Source: Okamejei kenojei
Taxonomy: Eukaryota
Reading direction: 5' to 3'
Assembly: GCA_035221665.1 (NCBI GenBank)
Contig: CM069131.1
Coordinates: 88,536,001 to 88,600,000 of the forward strand
Length of the DNA stretch: 64,000 bases
In this document: piece by piece, positions 27,300 to 41,175 of the stretch
How the letters are laid out: each line of letters starts with the position of its first letter
Position numbering within the stretch: the stretch's first letter is position 1
Notes under the pieces: model-generated
What the model was told of the DNA's origin: nothing
What the model saw: the letters and a program-made list of their open reading frames with translations, nothing else
Databases searched by the model: none
Made by a program: the position numbers and the translations under genes

Positions 27300-29140
27300 A
27301 AATTACGAGTAGGCCAATTGGCCTTTGAGCCTGCTCCACGATTTAATAAAATAATGATTGACCCCAACCTTGCCTCAAAATACTTTTTTACACTCTTCTC
27401 ATACTCATTATGACCAGTTTCAAATGTCTGTCTATCTGCACTTTGAACATATTCAATGGGTCTGCCTGCACAGCCCTGAGGTGGAGAATTCTAAAGATTC
27501 ATCACCCACTGGGAAATGAAAAAATCAAATTTTATATGAGTGACCCTTATTCTAAAACTAGGCTATCTAATTCTAATTAATCTCTATTGGGGAAATAAGC
27601 TCCCACCATATATCCTATCCATCCCCCTCAGCATCTTATTTCTTTCCAATGTGGATAGTTCTACATTTTCAATGTTTTGTTTCATATACCATGAGTTCAT
27701 TCAGTTAAGTTATCCACAACACTGTGCAGACGCTTCTCAACTTGTAAACACATCTGTCTTTGTATCATCAGCAAATCTGGCTTATGGGAGACTCAATTTC
27801 ATCATCCTAATCATTAATACTCATTATAAATGGTTGATGTCCCAGCATTGATCCCTGTGGCACACTAGGAGTTACCAAATGACAATTCAAAAATAACCTA
27901 TTTATCCGTACTATCTATTTTGTGTTAGTTAACCACCCCCTTGTTCATGCCAGCATATTATCCCAACCTCAAGTGAACCTATTTTGGTGTGGGAACCTTT
28001 TATATGTCATCTTGTCAAACCATTTCTGGAAATTAGAATACATTCCATTTCCATCCCCCCTATTTGTTACATCTCAAATACTCTCACAGATGTGTCAAAG
28101 ACAATTTCCCTTTCCTTAATCCACATTTGCTGCTTGTTGTCTAATGGCTTTCTAAATATGCTACTGATACCTCCTTATCAATAAATCCCAGCATTTTCCC
28201 TGTGACAGGTTTGGCTAATTAACTTTCTATCTCTCTTATATGTGGTTTTCCAGTCTTAGTCAAAGAATAATAGTGTGGATAGAGACCCGCCAGCCTGATT
28301 TGTCCATGCTGGCCAAGGTATCCATCTAAGCTAGTTCAATTGCTCACATTAAGCCCATATCCCTCAAAAACTTTCCTCCCATGAGTGGTTAGTATCTACT
28401 CATTTAGGGTATTATTTGCTGGGATAGCATGCTAAAGGTTTTTTTTCACTGTTTCTTGGTCCATGTGACTAATATACTAATAAAGTAAATCTGCCCAAAT
28501 GCCTTTTAAAAAAGATTATTATTGCACCTGCCTCAACCACATCCTCTGGCAGCTCACTCCATATTTGGTTCACCCTTTGTGTGATGAAGTTACCCCTCAG
28601 GTCCCTCGTAAATCTTTCCCCTTTCATCTTAAACCTATGTCCCCTAATTTTTATATTCCACTTCCTTTGGAAAAATACTGTGTGCAGTCACTCTATCGAT
28701 ACTCCTCATGACTTTATACATCTCTCTTAGGTCACTCCTCAGTCTCCTATGCTCCAAGAAATAAAGTCCTAGCCTGCTCACCTGATCCTGTTCCTCAGAA
28801 TCCCTACCAGTAACTGTCAGTGGCCTGTGGTTCCCTGGTTTCTCCTTGCCACCATTCTCAAACAATGGCACAACATTTAGTCACCTTCCAGTGTCCTGGA
28901 TCATCACCCATGGCTAAAGATGATGCAAATATCTTTGCAAGGGCCTCTTCCCTTGATTTTCACAGAGTCCAAAGATCCCCTTGGTGAAGCCCTGGAGATT
29001 TATCCATCTTAATATGCATTAAGACCACCAAATTACCTCATTGGTAATTTGAATATAATCCAAGCCATCACAACTCATTTGTTTCAAATCCTTAGTTTCC
29101 ATGACCTTCGCAGTAAAAATTGAAGATAAATATTCAGTAC
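27300..29140 (-). mobile_element. Cluster of old CR1 LINE fragments
   Basis: ORF remnants PLF...KEKPGNHRPL and LEHRRLRSDL; gtatcatcagcaaa encodes FADDT on the minus strand. Confidence 0.7.
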
Positions 29141-29149
29141 AATCACCCA

Positions 29150-31975
29150 CATCTACTCTGTGTCCTGTACGTCTTTGCTCACTCCCCCAAGAATAGAGTT
29201 TCCCTGGTCCTCACCATTCACCCCATCAATCTTCATATCCAATGCATAATTTTCTGATATTTCTGCCAATTTCAATGTTATACCTCCACCTTCCTAGTCC
29301 CCCTTCTTTCCGCCTTCCACAGAGGCCCCTTCATCTGCAACTCCTTGGTTCATTGATCCGATTCCACCCAAACCACTTCCTTCCCCGGCACTTTCCCCTG
29401 AAACCACAGGAGACGTAACAGCTGTCCCTATACCTCCTTCCTCATATCCATGCAGGGATCCCAGCAGTCTTTCAAGGTGAGACAGAGGCAAATGTCAATA
29501 TGCGAAATATGAGATGCTGTTCCTCCAATAGCATCTCATATTTTGCTTCACATTACAAACTAGTGGTATGAATATTGATTTCTCTAACTTCAGGCAGCCC
29601 CGGCATTTCCTCTCTCTCTATCCCTCCCCCACCCAAGTCACTCTAGCTTCTCGTTTTTACCCACCAAACAGCTAACAATGGCCTGTTTCCTTTATAATCA
29701 TTACTTTTTTTGCATATTGTAGAGGCACCAAACATGGTGAACAAATGGGTTACTTTATTTTGGCATAAAAGGTTTGTTATGCTGGCACGTTGGTCCTCTA
29801 ACATAAAGTTGTTGTTGCTGCTGCGAGGCTGTTGCCTCGTGGGCTCGAGCTGAGCCCCTGTTGAGGTGGAAGGACACTCACCCCTAGAGTGAAGAGACCT
29901 GGTCAGCTCAAAGTAAGAGAGAAAGAGAGATAGAGAAGGTTGTCCCATGGTTATATATCCCAGGACACACACCTGTACCCCGTGGCAACTCCTCCCTGCC
30001 ATTACCCAGTCACGTGACCGACTGCTGAGGGTTCGTGTAGCTATTGGCCCAACCACCGGGTGCCGCCACAGAACCACCCCCCCCCCCAACCACCCCCCCC
30101 CCGAACCAGAGGCAGGAAAATGAGCAGGCCGACAAAACGCCACAGCCTGACTCGTCAACTAACAGGCAGACCGTGAGGGCAGAGGTCGAAAAGGGATGGA
30201 GCGCGCTCACCTTCTACTGGTCAAGGGCGGCTCTTGTTGTAGGCTGGGGGCACCCCGGCTGTGGGTCGGGACAGTGGGCCCCGTGGGTGCAGTCGACCCA
30301 CTGGCTGTGGGCCATCCCAAGGTATGCTGAGGGGTGCAAGGAGACCAATGCAAAAGCCGCAGGACGGACGAGGTATCGACCAGTCACGTCGACCAGCAGT
30401 GGATTGTGACATGAGAAAGACGTTGGCAACAATGCAAATGCAACAACAAGAAACTAATAGTAATATTAAGCTAGGTGATAAGTGTACAGTGGAAAAAAAA
30501 ATTACAGTGAGCAAACAGCAAAGATACAGCAAAGTCCAAAGTGGTCGGATTAGGTGTGCTTGAAACTGAAGGCTGTAGTATCACCAACCGACCAAGGGTG
30601 GCGCTGTAGACGTCGGTCATGCCGCTCGACCAGCCGTGGCGCTGCTGACGGCGGTCGGGCTGCAGAGTCCCCACTCGGCCATTTTTGAAGTCGCTGTAGT
30701 GGTCATGTGGGTGTAGGCCATGGCGGCCATTTTGACGGCCGGCATCAACGGGCCTCACCCCACCGCTGCAGGTACGGACTCCAGCCACCGTCGCCGTCAG
30801 AGACCGGCTGCGCTGCGTGCCCTTGGCAATGGCTGGAAGCTGCCGGGGAATCCGTCGCGCGACTGCCGACTCACAACCGGCTGAGGCTCCACCCCGCCGC
30901 TGGACCGGAAAGGCATCCAGCACCCAGGGATCTTCGGAGTCCGCGCCGGTGAGGACTTCGGGCAGCCGCCCCAGGTAGGCCTGCTGTATCGGGTGGCTAG
31001 GCCTTGAGCAGCGGTCGTCGGGTTAATGGGAGGCTCCGCTTTCTCCCCACACCCGGGGCCATCAGGCGGGTGTCGGTGATGCTGTGGGTGGGGGGCTGCT
31101 ACATTTGCAGCTCCTGCAGCAGCTGATGGGGGAGTGGTGGCTGGTGGGGGAGCGGCGGCATCCGTGACCTCTCAGCTCCGGGGTGCAGTAGCTGGTGGGG
31201 GAGTGGCGGCAGCCGCGGCCTCTGAGCTATTGTAGTCGGCTCTGGGCAGGTCATGCAGGCGAGATTGGCAGCCATCTAACAAGGCCTGGATCACGCCCAA
31301 TGACCCGGGCGGCCTCCGGCATACCTTACGGTAGGTCCGGGTTTGCAGCAGCGTCGTTGAGCTGGGCTTGGCTGACGGCTGCAGACATCAGGTCACTATG
31401 GTAAATTGTCAGCTGCGAGCATCAGGAAATCCAAAATATCTGTTTAGGAATGTCGGGGTCACCAATGTAGACGCATCAAATGTGGTGAAAAAATGGGTTA
31501 CTTTATTCAGGCATAAAAGGTTTGTTATAGATGCACGTTGGTCCTCTAACATAAAGTTGTTGTTGTTGCTGCGAGTCTGTTGCCTCTTGGGTTCAAGATG
31601 AGCCCCTGCTGACGGGGAAGGACACTCACCCCTGGAGAGAAGAGACCTGGTCAGCTCAGAGTAAGAAGGAGAGAGAGAGAGAGGGTTGTCCTAGGGTTCG
31701 TTATATATCCCAGGACACACACCTGTACCCCGTGACAACTCCTCCCTGCCATTGCCCAGTCACGTGACCGACTGCTGAGGGTTCGTGTAGCTAGTGGCCG
31801 AACCACCGGGTGCCACCACAATATCTTTCATTTGATGTTCTTTATCTCTCTACCTCATCATCCATATCTCTTGTTTCCCTTATCCCTAACCTTCTGAAGA
31901 AGGGTCTCAGTTACACCAGCTATTTGTGTCTATCTTCAGTTTAAACCAGCATCTGCAGTTCCTTCCTACACAATT
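29150..31975 (+). mobile_element. Decayed Penelope-like element split by the LTR insertion (pieces ~29150-29717 and 31821-31975)
   Basis: Homologous to 12400-12770; the consensus tttttgcatat|ctttcatt is interrupted at the ATAT TSD. Confidence 0.75.
29718..31820 (-). mobile_element. Non-autonomous LTR retrotransposon (2.1 kb, probably Gypsy-derived)
   Basis: Direct repeats 29718-30070 and 31466-31820 with TG...CA ends; 4-bp TSD ATAT; minus-strand PBS TGGTGACCCCGAC (tRNA-Trp) at 31464-31452; G-rich PPT at 30071-30102; no pol in the interior. Confidence 0.92.
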
Positions 31976-33429
31976 CCCTGCATTGCCTCTATCAATGTAT
32001 TCCCTGAACTCCAGTTAGTATGGACGCAATGTTCAATCAGCCTGCATAGATAAATTCTTTCCAGGAATTAATCACTTTTTTTTATTAGAAGTAATTAGAA
32101 GTATCACTTTTAATTTAAAAATGATTTTTCATTCTTCCTTCCAATGTGAATAACCCTCTATTTATCATGTTCTGTTCGATATACCAAATTCTTGTCCACT
32201 CAATTAACTAACCCAAATCCCTGCGCAGATTCTTTGTGCCCTCATCTCAGCTTAATATGACTTGCTAATTTACTTTCACATTCTATCTTCCCCCTTTTTC
32301 ATATTTTTCTTTAGTTATCCTCTGCTTGTTGCTAAATCCAGAGTATACAATTTTGTCCTTGGCAATTGGCAATTGTACGCTTTTACATATGCTATTGGAA
32401 AAGTAGATTTGTGCTGTTACTGTGGATGTTACTACAGACTCTGCAACCCTTGACCATGTGAGACTGTTGTTCTATGCTGCATTGCAGAGGTCAAAGTCAA
32501 CTGCATAAATGAGGCATGTTATGCTTCTAAATTCTATTTTAAAGTGGAATATGCATGAGGCTAAGGTCACTGGTATCTGCAAATTTCATAACAGCACAAA
32601 TGTACATCAATGTAAAAGAGACAACAAAACCTCAAAGCCAGGTCAGTGTGCACTGTGATGCCATGTGGAGTGACAACACAATTAGCAAAGTAATCGCATG
32701 CTTTGGGCTTTGCCTATGCAAGTTACCATTCTAGCCTGATGCACAAACTAATTTTAAACATGCCCAGTTGATTTATTATCATTCTGAAACAGCAAAACTA
32801 ATTTTTTGACTCTACTAATGTGTGTATACTACACACACATAATACTAAGGATTAGTCAGCTTGAGAGGATTACACAGAGTGCATCCAAGCAGTTATGTGT
32901 TTTACTTTCCTTTTATTGAATATGACTTGTAATCTATTGGCTGTTTTAATATCATACAGGTACTAGTCTGAAACTGCTCGCTGCAATACTCTGGCAGCTT
33001 AAGTTAAACTGGTTTTGGAGTAATTACAAAATAATCATTATCCACAAATTGAAATAAAATCATGGCAAACATTCTAGCAATGTTGTAATACTTCTTCACT
33101 GTTGAATTAACACCACAGTATTGTTCAAGTGTTTGTAATTCAGCAGGTAGCCACTCCGTGGCTCAGTTGAATACAAACGTAAGGAATTTAATCCTCGTTT
33201 TTATATGCAGCATTGATGTTGCCACATCTAATGTAGCTTCTTATTTAAAGTTGTTAAAGTGTTGGAAGCAGTTCAGAGTAGATTTACTGGACTAATACCT
33301 GAAACAGTAGGTTGTCTTGTGAAGAAAGGTTGTCCAGGCTTATATTTTCTGAAGTTTAGTGAGAGTGAGAGGGGATTTGATTGAAACATACTATGTCCTA
33401 AGGGTTCCTGACAGAAGGAAATAGTGAGG

Positions 33430-33910
33430 ATGATGGGTCTCACCTTCCCATTTCCATACTGACGTTTCTGTCCTGAGCCACCTGCACTGTCAGAGTGAGG
33501 CCACTCGCTAATTGGAGGAAAATACCTCATATTCCGCTGGTGTTTCTTATAATGGTTCAATGGTATGAACATTGCATTCTCCAATTTTAGGTGATGAACC
33601 TACAACAACCTTTCCACTTCCACCTACATCCCATCTTCGGGCTTGACATTTTGCGCTTCTTCTCCCCTTATCTTCCAGTCTTTTATTTTCTATCCATCTC
33701 TGGCCTTTGTCCACCCATTTGCGAATCAAACCCCCCTCACCTGTATCCTAATCCCTAGAGGGGCTTTGTCCCGGCAGACCTCTCTTCCAGCTTTTTCCCC
33801 CAACTACAAGCAATCCAAAAAAGGGTCCCAACCAAAATCTCACCTATCCTTGTTCTCCAGAGATGCTGCCTGATCCGCTGTGTGCCAGGCACTTTGTGCC
33901 TTCTTTTGCT
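33430..33910 (+). mobile_element. Old Penelope-like 3' fragment
   Basis: ttggaggaaaatacctcatattccgc and atgaacattgcattctccaatttt match the younger copies. Confidence 0.7.
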
Positions 33911-34139
33911 GGAATCTTTAATACTAGATCTGATAACATTTGAGCTACTTTCGAAGAATAATACCCAGAGGTTTTCTTTTGTTATGCCTTTAGCAATGTA
34001 TGTGCATTAGTTCTTTGCATTCGTCCAGTTTTATATTTTCAACAAGAGAGAAGATAATGGGCTACACATTTTAATATATAAACATATACATTAATATGGT
34101 GCTGTATAGGAAAATGCTGTTTTTATACTGCATTAGGAG

Positions 34140-34485
34140 AGCAATTTATGAATAGAAAATGATAGAGGTATGTATATTTATTCCCGGCATAGATAGGGTA
34201 CCTGCCTCCATGTCATAGGTAGACAACATTCAAGGACACCAATTTAGGGTAAAGAGAATGAGATTTAGAAGTAAATGAAGGGGATCATCTACAGCCTGGG
34301 ATGCAGTGCCTGAGAGAGTGCTTGAAGCTGGCTCAATTACAACACATAAGAAGTGTCTAGATGAGTACTTAAATTGGCATGGAATAGAGGGCTGTGAACC
34401 TAATGCTGGGCATTGCGATTAATACAGCAGGTTCATAGATGATCTGAATAGCCTATTTCCATGCTGTGCATACTATGGTTCTACA
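34140..34485 (+). mobile_element. Old CR1 3' fragment
   Basis: Degenerate CR1 ORF2 end and 3'UTR (gcctatttccatgctgtg). Confidence 0.55.
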
Positions 34486-36274
34486 TTTCTATTTTTCTCT
34501 CAAGCTTCCTTTCTCTTGTTCAGGCTAATTCTTCAGGTCAAGATCTTAGCATTTTTGAAATGCAACCATGCACTTCAGAAAGGATATGTCACAGCACCAA
34601 TATCAACCAATTGAACGCATTGCTGTACACCTGGAGACCTATGTGCATGGATACATCGGGGTTACTGCGTAGAGTATTGGATTATTTACTTAAGTGTGAA
34701 ATGCACTGGAAACAGATTTGTGGTGTGCTCGACTGATATCTGGAATAGATGGCTTGTCATAAGGGAAAAAGGACGGGTTTGGCTTCTATGCCTGAACTTT
34801 ATGAGACTGAAAGATGACTTGATTAACTCTCCCAAAACTTATAGTGAGTAGAAAGAAAAGTCCAGGGAAATGAGGCAGCACAACCATCCCACCATATTTT
34901 CCCTGCTACATCAGTTCAGCTAAGATTCAACCACATCTACCAAGAAGGCAGTTATTTTACATTGATTAATATCCTGGGGCTAGCTGAAGAAACATGTTGT
35001 ACAAAAGGAATGCATGCTTAATATATCTGCATACACATAAATCCTAGCCCTTTTCATGACCTCAAGATGTCCCAACATACCTTCCTACCAAAGCATTATT
35101 TTCGGAACAGTACCAATTTTATATTGTGGTGAAGGTGAATTCAGGTAGCAATATCCTTTTAAGTTAATGTTGGTTGAATACAGAGGTGCACTATTTTATA
35201 ATACAAGTTTGGTGAAGCAGGATTTTTATTTGCCTGATGTCAGTACAGATGACAATAATAAATCAATACCAATAACAATTCATGGGGTTCAGAAATTCTA
35301 TCCTGTTTTCTGCTACCTGCTGCCTAATTTATTCCACATGCAAAGTCAATAATGGAGAAACAAATTAATGTGTAACTGCTTATACATGAAGCCAACGTGC
35401 CTGCAGTGAGCAGTGATTTTATTCTTGCATCACACTGTCTTAGTTTAGTCTAATTGGTTGCTCGTGGGATGAGGTGTCTTTCAATTTAAAACGTACCCCA
35501 GGATTTACTCAATGCATGATCTTTACCTGGGGACTCACACATCTGTAACTGCCTTTTGAATTAAACTTTAAGGTTTTGTTCATACAATCTCAATACTTCT
35601 AAGATTGCTTCGGTGCTGGGTATAAAAAGCATGGGGTTTTTTTGGAAGACAATTTCTCCTCAAGGAGCACCACCGGAAAAACAAAGTGCTCACCTCCCAC
35701 TACTTCTATTAGTGGGATTTATTGCTCTTGAATGTTAATTAGCATTTCACATGGATTTTTCTACCTGTGGTTATCATTAACCGAGGAATGATTCGGAAGG
35801 TAGACATGAGGATCACCTGGTGGAACTTCTCCTGGGCAGGATAAAGATTTTAGTTCTCAGGAGATCTCCAATGACAGGTTGCCTCATTTGCCTGATTTTC
35901 TAAACCATGTTGCCTGCCTGAGTGATTTTGGAGTGAGTTCACACAACGTTTGATGGTTTACTCACGGATTTTTGTGATCAGTGGGCATGACAGGGACACA
36001 ATCTGTTTCATAAACAATGAAAACAAAACTGTCATTTAAATGTAATGCAAATGTACTGTTTTGGTTACTGGGTCACTTACTCCATTGCATGCAACGTCCT
36101 GGGGAAGGGGAGCTATGATATTTTATTCTGAGGCACTGGGCACATGCCCAATGTCATCCTGTTGACCTAGGCAAAGCGGAATAGAGCGAAAGATAATGCA
36201 ATACCTTAAGGCAATTCATTTGTTTATAAATTTGTTGAGAAACTTCAAAATTGTATTTTTTCCAATGATATTTA

Positions 36275-36584
36275 ATTTAGTTTGGTGCATGGAAATAGAG
36301 AAACAGGCCCATCAGCCCAATGAGTCCGTGCCAACCATTCCTCAGCTATTCGTACTAGTTCTATGTTTTTTCCACTTGCTCCTCCATTCCAAACACATTG
36401 GAGCCAATTAACCTATAAACCTACACATCTTTGGGATGTAGGAGGAGAGCCGAGCACCTAGAGGAAATCCACATTGTCACAGAGAATGTGCAAACTCCAC
36501 ATGGGTAGCACCCAAGGTCAGGATTGAACCCGGGTCTCCAGCACTGTGAGGCAGCAGCTCTACCAGTTGCGCCAATGTGCCGCC
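36275..36584 (-). mobile_element. V-SINE (HE1-like)
   Basis: Reverse complement of the SINE head at the right end (caggattgaacccgggtctc...tgtgccgcc). Confidence 0.8.
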
Positions 36585-38021
36585 TCTGCATTTGGTCTTT
36601 TCAACAAGATTGTAAAGATAATAAAAGATAATGAATAATAGACAATAATGGATAATGAATAGGAACAACCCTGTTTTACTGTTAATTTCTGTAAAGTGAA
36701 AATTGAACAAACACTTGGCGTTCACATGGTTAAACATATTGATTTCAAGTGAACAATTAACATCATGTAATATTAGTAAAGTATTGCATCCAAACAAAAA
36801 TCGGCATTATACATATTTCTAAAAATTTAAAGACATGCTTTCTATATAATTTTGGAACAAAATTAATAAAATAATTTATTGTGTTACAGTTTAAATTATG
36901 CAGTTAAATTTTAAAACATTTGCAGATTTAATTTTCTTAATAATTTGTGGCAGTCTATGTCAATCTATTTCAAGCAGAGAACAGCTCCTGCATTTTGTTA
37001 GTCGGCCATATGACTCATGCTGCAGTGTATGCTACCATATGATTCATATTGCAGTGTCATTGTGCTGTAGTTTACAGTACCTACGAACAATAGTATGCTT
37101 TCTATATGGAGAGCTTGAATTTTACAGTTTTAAGGAATGGAAAAAGACCCCTGAAGGCCTACTTGGAAAAATTGGTTTTGATTTTCTTCATCGCTAAATC
37201 TTTTTGTCAGCAATAAAACATCTACCATGCAAAATTTACACTTCTATTTGCTTTGCTTTAAGAATGCTGTGCATGGCTTTCAAGTTGCACATCTCCACTT
37301 CTGACGTTAATGGGATGTGCTGGTCAGTAGAGTGTTGGTAGACAGTAGTAAATTTTAATAAGACATGATGACTTTGAATATGCATGTGGCATTAATTTAA
37401 CCAATTTCAATAGTGTTGCATATTACAGAGATCAAATGTTAATATATTTTTCACACCTTTAATTCCATGTTCCTCCATATAGAGCACTGTGCATATAACA
37501 TGAGCTGAATTTATCGGTTTCTAGGTTGTAAGGATGCAAACTTCAATAGGCAAAACCAAATATTTACCACAGATAAGACATTCATAATGCAACATATCAG
37601 CTTACTATGCCATTCCATCGTAACATTCACTGTACAGATAATAAATCACATTCACACAAACGTATGCCAGAAAAAGATTTAAACCAATTTATAATCAATT
37701 CTAACATCCCAAAGTTACCGAGCAACAAATAACCTTGCAACAACCTTCTATAATAATGTAACATTTTACAATGGAATTCAGATTTTACACTCACTGACAT
37801 AACTAAGACAGATCTATGTTCAGCAGTGCACCTAGACTGACAGTATACATGGTTAATTTTGATTGTATTATTTCAATTGGAAATTATTAGGAAAATAGAG
37901 GCTGTAATCTGATATTATTTAATACCTGAGAAGAATAGTATGCTTTATATATGGAATTATTTGTGCGTCCATCTGAATCCTCTCCTGTTACTTGTTTAGT
38001 CCTTAAAGACTTTGTGCTAGC

Positions 38022-38324
38022 TTTTAGTTTAGTTTATAGTTTAATTTAGAGATACAGCATGGAAACAGGCCCTTCGGCCCATAAAGTCGATAAATGATCA
38101 CCCGCACACTAGTTCTATCCTACACACCAGGGACAATTTACAGTAGCTAATTAACCTACAAACCTGCACGTGTTTGAAATGTGGAAGGAAATCAGAGCAC
38201 CCGGATAAAACCCACGTGGTCACAGGGAGAACATACAAGGTCCGTACAGACAGCACCCATAGTCAGGATTGAACCCAAGTCTCTGGCGCTGTAAGGCAGC
38301 AGCTCTACCACTGTGCTGCCACTG
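38022..38324 (-). mobile_element. V-SINE (HE1-like)
   Basis: Same family; (tttag)n tail at the left. Confidence 0.85.
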
Positions 38325-39116
38325 TTCACTATTCGTTAGTAATGGAACATCTTATACATGTACTTTATACTTTAAAAATGCATATCCAGAAGTCTTGGAA
38401 AGTCATGTGAGCCACTACAGCAAGATTCAGTGTCCCCTCTTGAAGATACTGACTCTTGCTGTAGAATGGTGCACAGGTACTGGCAGCCTTTCAGAGCCAA
38501 GGCAAAAAGGTCTAGTCTGCATTCAAAATGTCACAAGCCAACCCTTCCATGGAATGCATCACATACAAATCTAATCCTTTCCTAGTGTGACAACTATAGA
38601 TGCAATATATGTGCACATTTGACACGCACAGACAATATCCAACAGGGGTTACTGAAGTGAGGGGAAGTGACAACTCGGATAAATGTTCACATGCACAGTC
38701 TGGGATACCTAGAGCTACTCAACTGCAGCCACAGTTTAATATGAAGCCAAGGACAGGAATTGAAAGAACATCCACTGATAAACTGGTTCATCAAACTGAG
38801 CAGGACAATCTTATTTGTCTGGAACCTTATGCACGTAAAATTCCTGCGGTAAAGTGAATTTTTATGTGATGACATCTATTGAATAAGGATGTGACCAGAA
38901 TGAATACTGCTCAATATACATTGAAGCATTGGCATGGTTGACAAGCTGATGTAATGGGTGGATAGGTATCAGATGAAACAATGTGGAAATGTGAAATTTA
39001 TCCTTTAGGTGCAAATATAAATTAGAGAATACAATTGAAAAATGGATACTCTCCTTTTGACAGTTATTATCCTCCCTCTTGACGTACTTCCTTGAAATTA
39101 ATAACACTTCCTCACA

Positions 39117-39410
39117 GGGCGGCACAGTGGCACAGCAGTATAGTTGCTGCCTTACAGCACCAGAGACCCAGGTTTGACCCTGGCTGTATGGAGTTTTGTA
39201 CGTTCTCCCCATGACCTACGTTGGTTTTCCCCGAGAACTTTGGTTTCCTCCCACACTCCAAAGACGTACAGGTTTGTAGGTTAAATGGCTTGGTATAAAT
39301 ATAAAAATTGTCCCTAGTGTGGGATATTGTTAACGTGTGGGTATCGCTGGTCGATGCAGACTCGGTGGGCCAAACGGCCTGTTTCCGCGCTGTATCTCTA
39401 AACTAAAAAC
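39117..39410 (+). mobile_element. V-SINE (HE1-like)
   Basis: gggcggcacagtggcacagc head; ctaaactaaa tail. Confidence 0.85.
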
Positions 39411-39948
39411 AAAGTTACAATGCTCCACCTTGAAACCAAATTCATTATTCCGCTGAGTTTTGTGACATGTGCAGTCATGACACAATTTGTGAATCATGCA
39501 ATCAAGTTTAGTTTAGTCAAGGCCAGGTATTATAGGTCAGCTGGCTGTCATTGTCATTTCTCAGCATGTTTGCAATGCTGCTATAACCTCATCCTTGTGA
39601 TGGAATTATATCAGGGAATGACCTACTCATCACAAATCTGGGAATGGAGGAAGTGCAAAAGATGATTCTGTACTTCCTTCTGTAGTGAGCATGAGCAGCT
39701 TGTCACTGTCCTCAGACTCAAGGACAAATCTTGACCAAAGATCATTCACCACAGGATGGTGCCCAGCATCTGAAAGGTTAGGACTATCCAACCAAATAGG
39801 AAACAATGGTCATAATGGTTCAGAGCAAGTGTTAGTGCTCAATGTGAAACTGCAAAAATTGTTGCAACTTTTCAGGAGTTTTTTTTGTAAGTAGTCTGGA
39901 GCTGTTCCTTTAAGGATGACAGTATACCAGCAATACAATATATATAGA

Positions 39949-40248
39949 TTAGTTTAGTTTAGAGTTACAGCATGGTAACAAGCCCTTTGGCCCACTGAGT
40001 CCATGCCGACCAGCGATCACCCATACACTAATTCGATCCTACACACTAGGGATAATTTGCAGAAGCCAATTGTGTTACAAACCTGCATTTTTTTGAAATG
40101 TGGAGGGAAACCAGAGCATCCAAAGAAAATCCATACGGTCACAGGGAGACAATACGAGCTTCGTACAGACAGCACTCATAGTCAGGATTGAACCCGGGTC
40201 TCTTGCGCGGTAAGGCAGCAACTCTACCGCTGTGCCACTGTGCCGCCC
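39949..40248 (-). mobile_element. V-SINE (HE1-like)
   Basis: Full head-to-tail similarity with the 38022 copy. Confidence 0.85.
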
Positions 40249-40894
40249 TTATCTTATAATACCTTATATATACAATATCTTATGCTCTGAGTGGATTATT
40301 TAAATTTGAAAATAAATAACTTTAAAATTGAAGTAGACATTAAAAAGATGCCAATTAAAACGTTAAAACTCTGATAAATAATTCAAAACGTCAAACTAAA
40401 ATGAAGTAAATTTTTAAGAAGCAACATATTTTACCCTTATCATCCCAAATCTCCATCCCATAATTCCCTTTGAAATTATTGGGATCTTGGATCCTGCACC
40501 AGGTCCTGACCTGATCTGGGCTAAATCCAAGTGATGACTCCTCACTATATGTCTGGGGAACCCAATGAGATTGGGCACTGCAGTCACACTGGTGACATGA
40601 GTCCAACATGAGATCCTTCTGAATTTGTCAGTAAGACCAGACTTCTTGTCTTGATCATGCATGAATAGTAGTCCAGGTTATAGACATCATTGAGTGCACA
40701 TTGGCTTTTCCACTGAGAACTGCTGGTAATCACCATTTTTAAAAATATATTTGTAATAGAAAAATTCACTAGCAAGACTAGGCTGGAAAAAAGCTTCATT
40801 GCATCACAGTAAGCATAATACATTCTGATTTTTTTTAAATGTAAGATCAGCATTTGCCACATTCATCCAGAGAGAGTCATAGTTCCATCATGCA

Positions 40895-41175
40895 GGATGG
40901 AATTAGGTCCTTTAGCTCACCAGCACAATGCCAAACATGGAGCACCAATTCACCATAATGCCAGATTATTATCCCCACATTCTCATCAATCCCTCAAAAA
41001 TTGTAACACTCTCCTACACAATTGTGACAATTTACAGTGGTCAATTAAACTTTTAACCTCCATACCTATGGATTATAGAGGAAACTAGAATAGCAAAGGA
41101 AACCCACATGGTTACAAGGAAAACATGCAAACTCCACACAAATGTCACCAGGATTGAACCCGAGTCACTGTGTTG
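40895..41175 (-). mobile_element. Degenerate V-SINE
   Basis: aacccacatggttacaagga...caaactccacac...caggattgaacccgagtc. Confidence 0.6.

Noticed and set aside
29643-31404. Many overlapping ORFs inside the small LTR element
   Set aside because: GC-rich sequence with few stops; I recognise no gag, pol or env motif.
4050-33910. All four long intronic Penelope copies are antisense to PPARGC1A (selection against sense ribozymes?)
   Set aside because: Four copies are too few (1 in 16 by chance, one-sided), and short sense-strand tails are present.
35040-35130. Possible Deu-domain SINE remnant
   Set aside because: Only a short degenerate match from memory; cannot be supported without alignment.
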